Shown here: positions 33,935 through 34,841 of the stretch, one piece after another | Layout of the letters: the number at the start of each line of letters is the position of its first letter | How positions within the stretch are numbered: position 1 is the first letter of the stretch | The notes under the pieces: model-generated | Told to the model about the DNA's origin: nothing | Seen by the model: only the letters and a program-made list of their open reading frames with translations | The model's database searches: none | Translations under genes and position numbers: made by a program | Assembly: GCA_049999805.1 (NCBI GenBank) | Contig: JBNGIO010006249.1 | Location: 339,140-373,980, forward strand | DNA from: Folioceros fuciformis | Lineage: Eukaryota | Length of the DNA stretch: 34,841 nucleotides | Reading direction: 5' to 3'

Positions 33935-34837
33935 CTAGGTCAATTTTGAACGCTTGGGATTTAACGGAGATTGTACTTCGTCTTCTAGTGTATGCTTCAA
34001 ATTTGGGTGAGATTGAAAATTCAAACTTTCTTGTTGCATTGCGGGTTCTTCATCAACTACGTATTGTTGATGATATTGTTGTTGTTGAGGAGGTTGTACT
34101 CCGTCTTCTAGTGTATGCTTCAAATTTGGCTGAGATTGAAAATTCAAACTTTGTTGATGCATTGCGGGTGTTTTATCAACTACATATTGTTGATGATATT
34201 GTTGTTGTTGAGGATCAAGCTCTTGAAGCTGAGTTTGTTGGACTCGAGGGTTAACATAAGAGTGATTGAAGTTCACTTGTGTGTCCCATTCATTGCCATG
34301 AAATTGTTGTTGTTGTTGTTGTTGAGGATCAAGCTCTTGAAGCTGAGTTTGCTGGACTCGAGGGTTAGCATAAGAGTGATTAAAGTTCACCTGTTTGTCC
34401 CATTTATTGCCATGAAATTGTTGTTGTTGGTGATATGGATTGTTCAACATATATTGATATTGATTTACTTCATGTCTCCACAGTTGTTGTTGAGGATTCA
34501 CATAATTAGGGTAGATTAATCCATTGTTCCACCCATAATTCTGTAACTGATGCATATACTCCATCCTTGGATATGGTTGAACCAAATAGACCTCTGGCAT
34601 GTCATAAACCCTTTGCTGCCTACCACGAGCCTCTTGTTGCATCGCATAATACTTATGTTGCATCTCATAATTCTCTTGATGCATCTCATTAACCTGCTTT
34701 TGCATTGTATGAGCTTGTGGAATCCTTGCATGATCTTGTTGAACCCCCAAATCTTCTGGGTATTCAATTTTAGGGACTTGTTCAATTCCTCGAACTTGAT
34801 GTCCTTGCGGATAATTTTGAGGCATGTCAAATGCCAT
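33935..34837 (-). CDS. Gln/Asn/His/Tyr-rich low-complexity protein with internal tandem duplications; may be 5'-incomplete
   Basis: 300-aa open frame in AT-rich DNA with a 114-nt unit x2 and a 123-nt unit x2, both in frame, and a basic C-terminus PKRSK. No family recognised. Confidence 0.45.
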   Translation of the reverse strand: MAFDMPQNYPQGHQVRGIEQVPKIEYPEDLGVQQDHARIPQAHTMQKQVNEMHQENYEMQHKYYAMQQEARGRQQRVYDMPEVYLVQPYPRMEYMHQLQNYGWNNGLIYPNYVNPQQQLWRHEVNQYQYMLNNPYHQQQQFHGNKWDKQVNFNHSYANPRVQQTQLQELDPQQQQQQQFHGNEWDTQVNFNHSYVNPRVQQTQLQELDPQQQQYHQQYVVDKTPAMHQQSLNFQSQPNLKHTLEDGVQPPQQQQYHQQYVVDEEPAMQQESLNFQSHPNLKHTLEDEVQSPLNPKRSKLT

Positions 34838-34841
34838 AGTT

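Overview
This is eukaryotic nuclear DNA from a non-flowering land plant, most likely a hornwort. That inference rests on a GRP-ending DYW:KP PPR gene, a flavodiiron gene (absent from angiosperms) and short introns, mostly 80-170 nt. GC-rich gene islands alternate with AT-rich, decayed repeat and transposon tracts. Genes: the 3' part of an EMB1703-like gene, a methylesterase (SABP2/MES family), a 10-exon chloroplast flavodiiron protein (FLVB/Flv3 type), a small membrane-anchor ORF, an intronless PLS-class PPR, and a Gln-rich repeat ORF. Relics: a full-length decayed Ty1/copia element with rearranged LTRs, a trihelix/Myb-SANT pseudogene, a gypsy gag fragment, a RING-H2 pseudogene and a LINE fragment. 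The standout is the PPR gene at 24647-27331. It carries the KPAxA/HAE/GRP deaminase variant linked to U-to-C 'reverse' RNA editing, plus an N-terminal OSB-type PDF single-stranded-DNA-binding motif in the same exon and frame. All calls come from motif recognition by eye; no searches were run.
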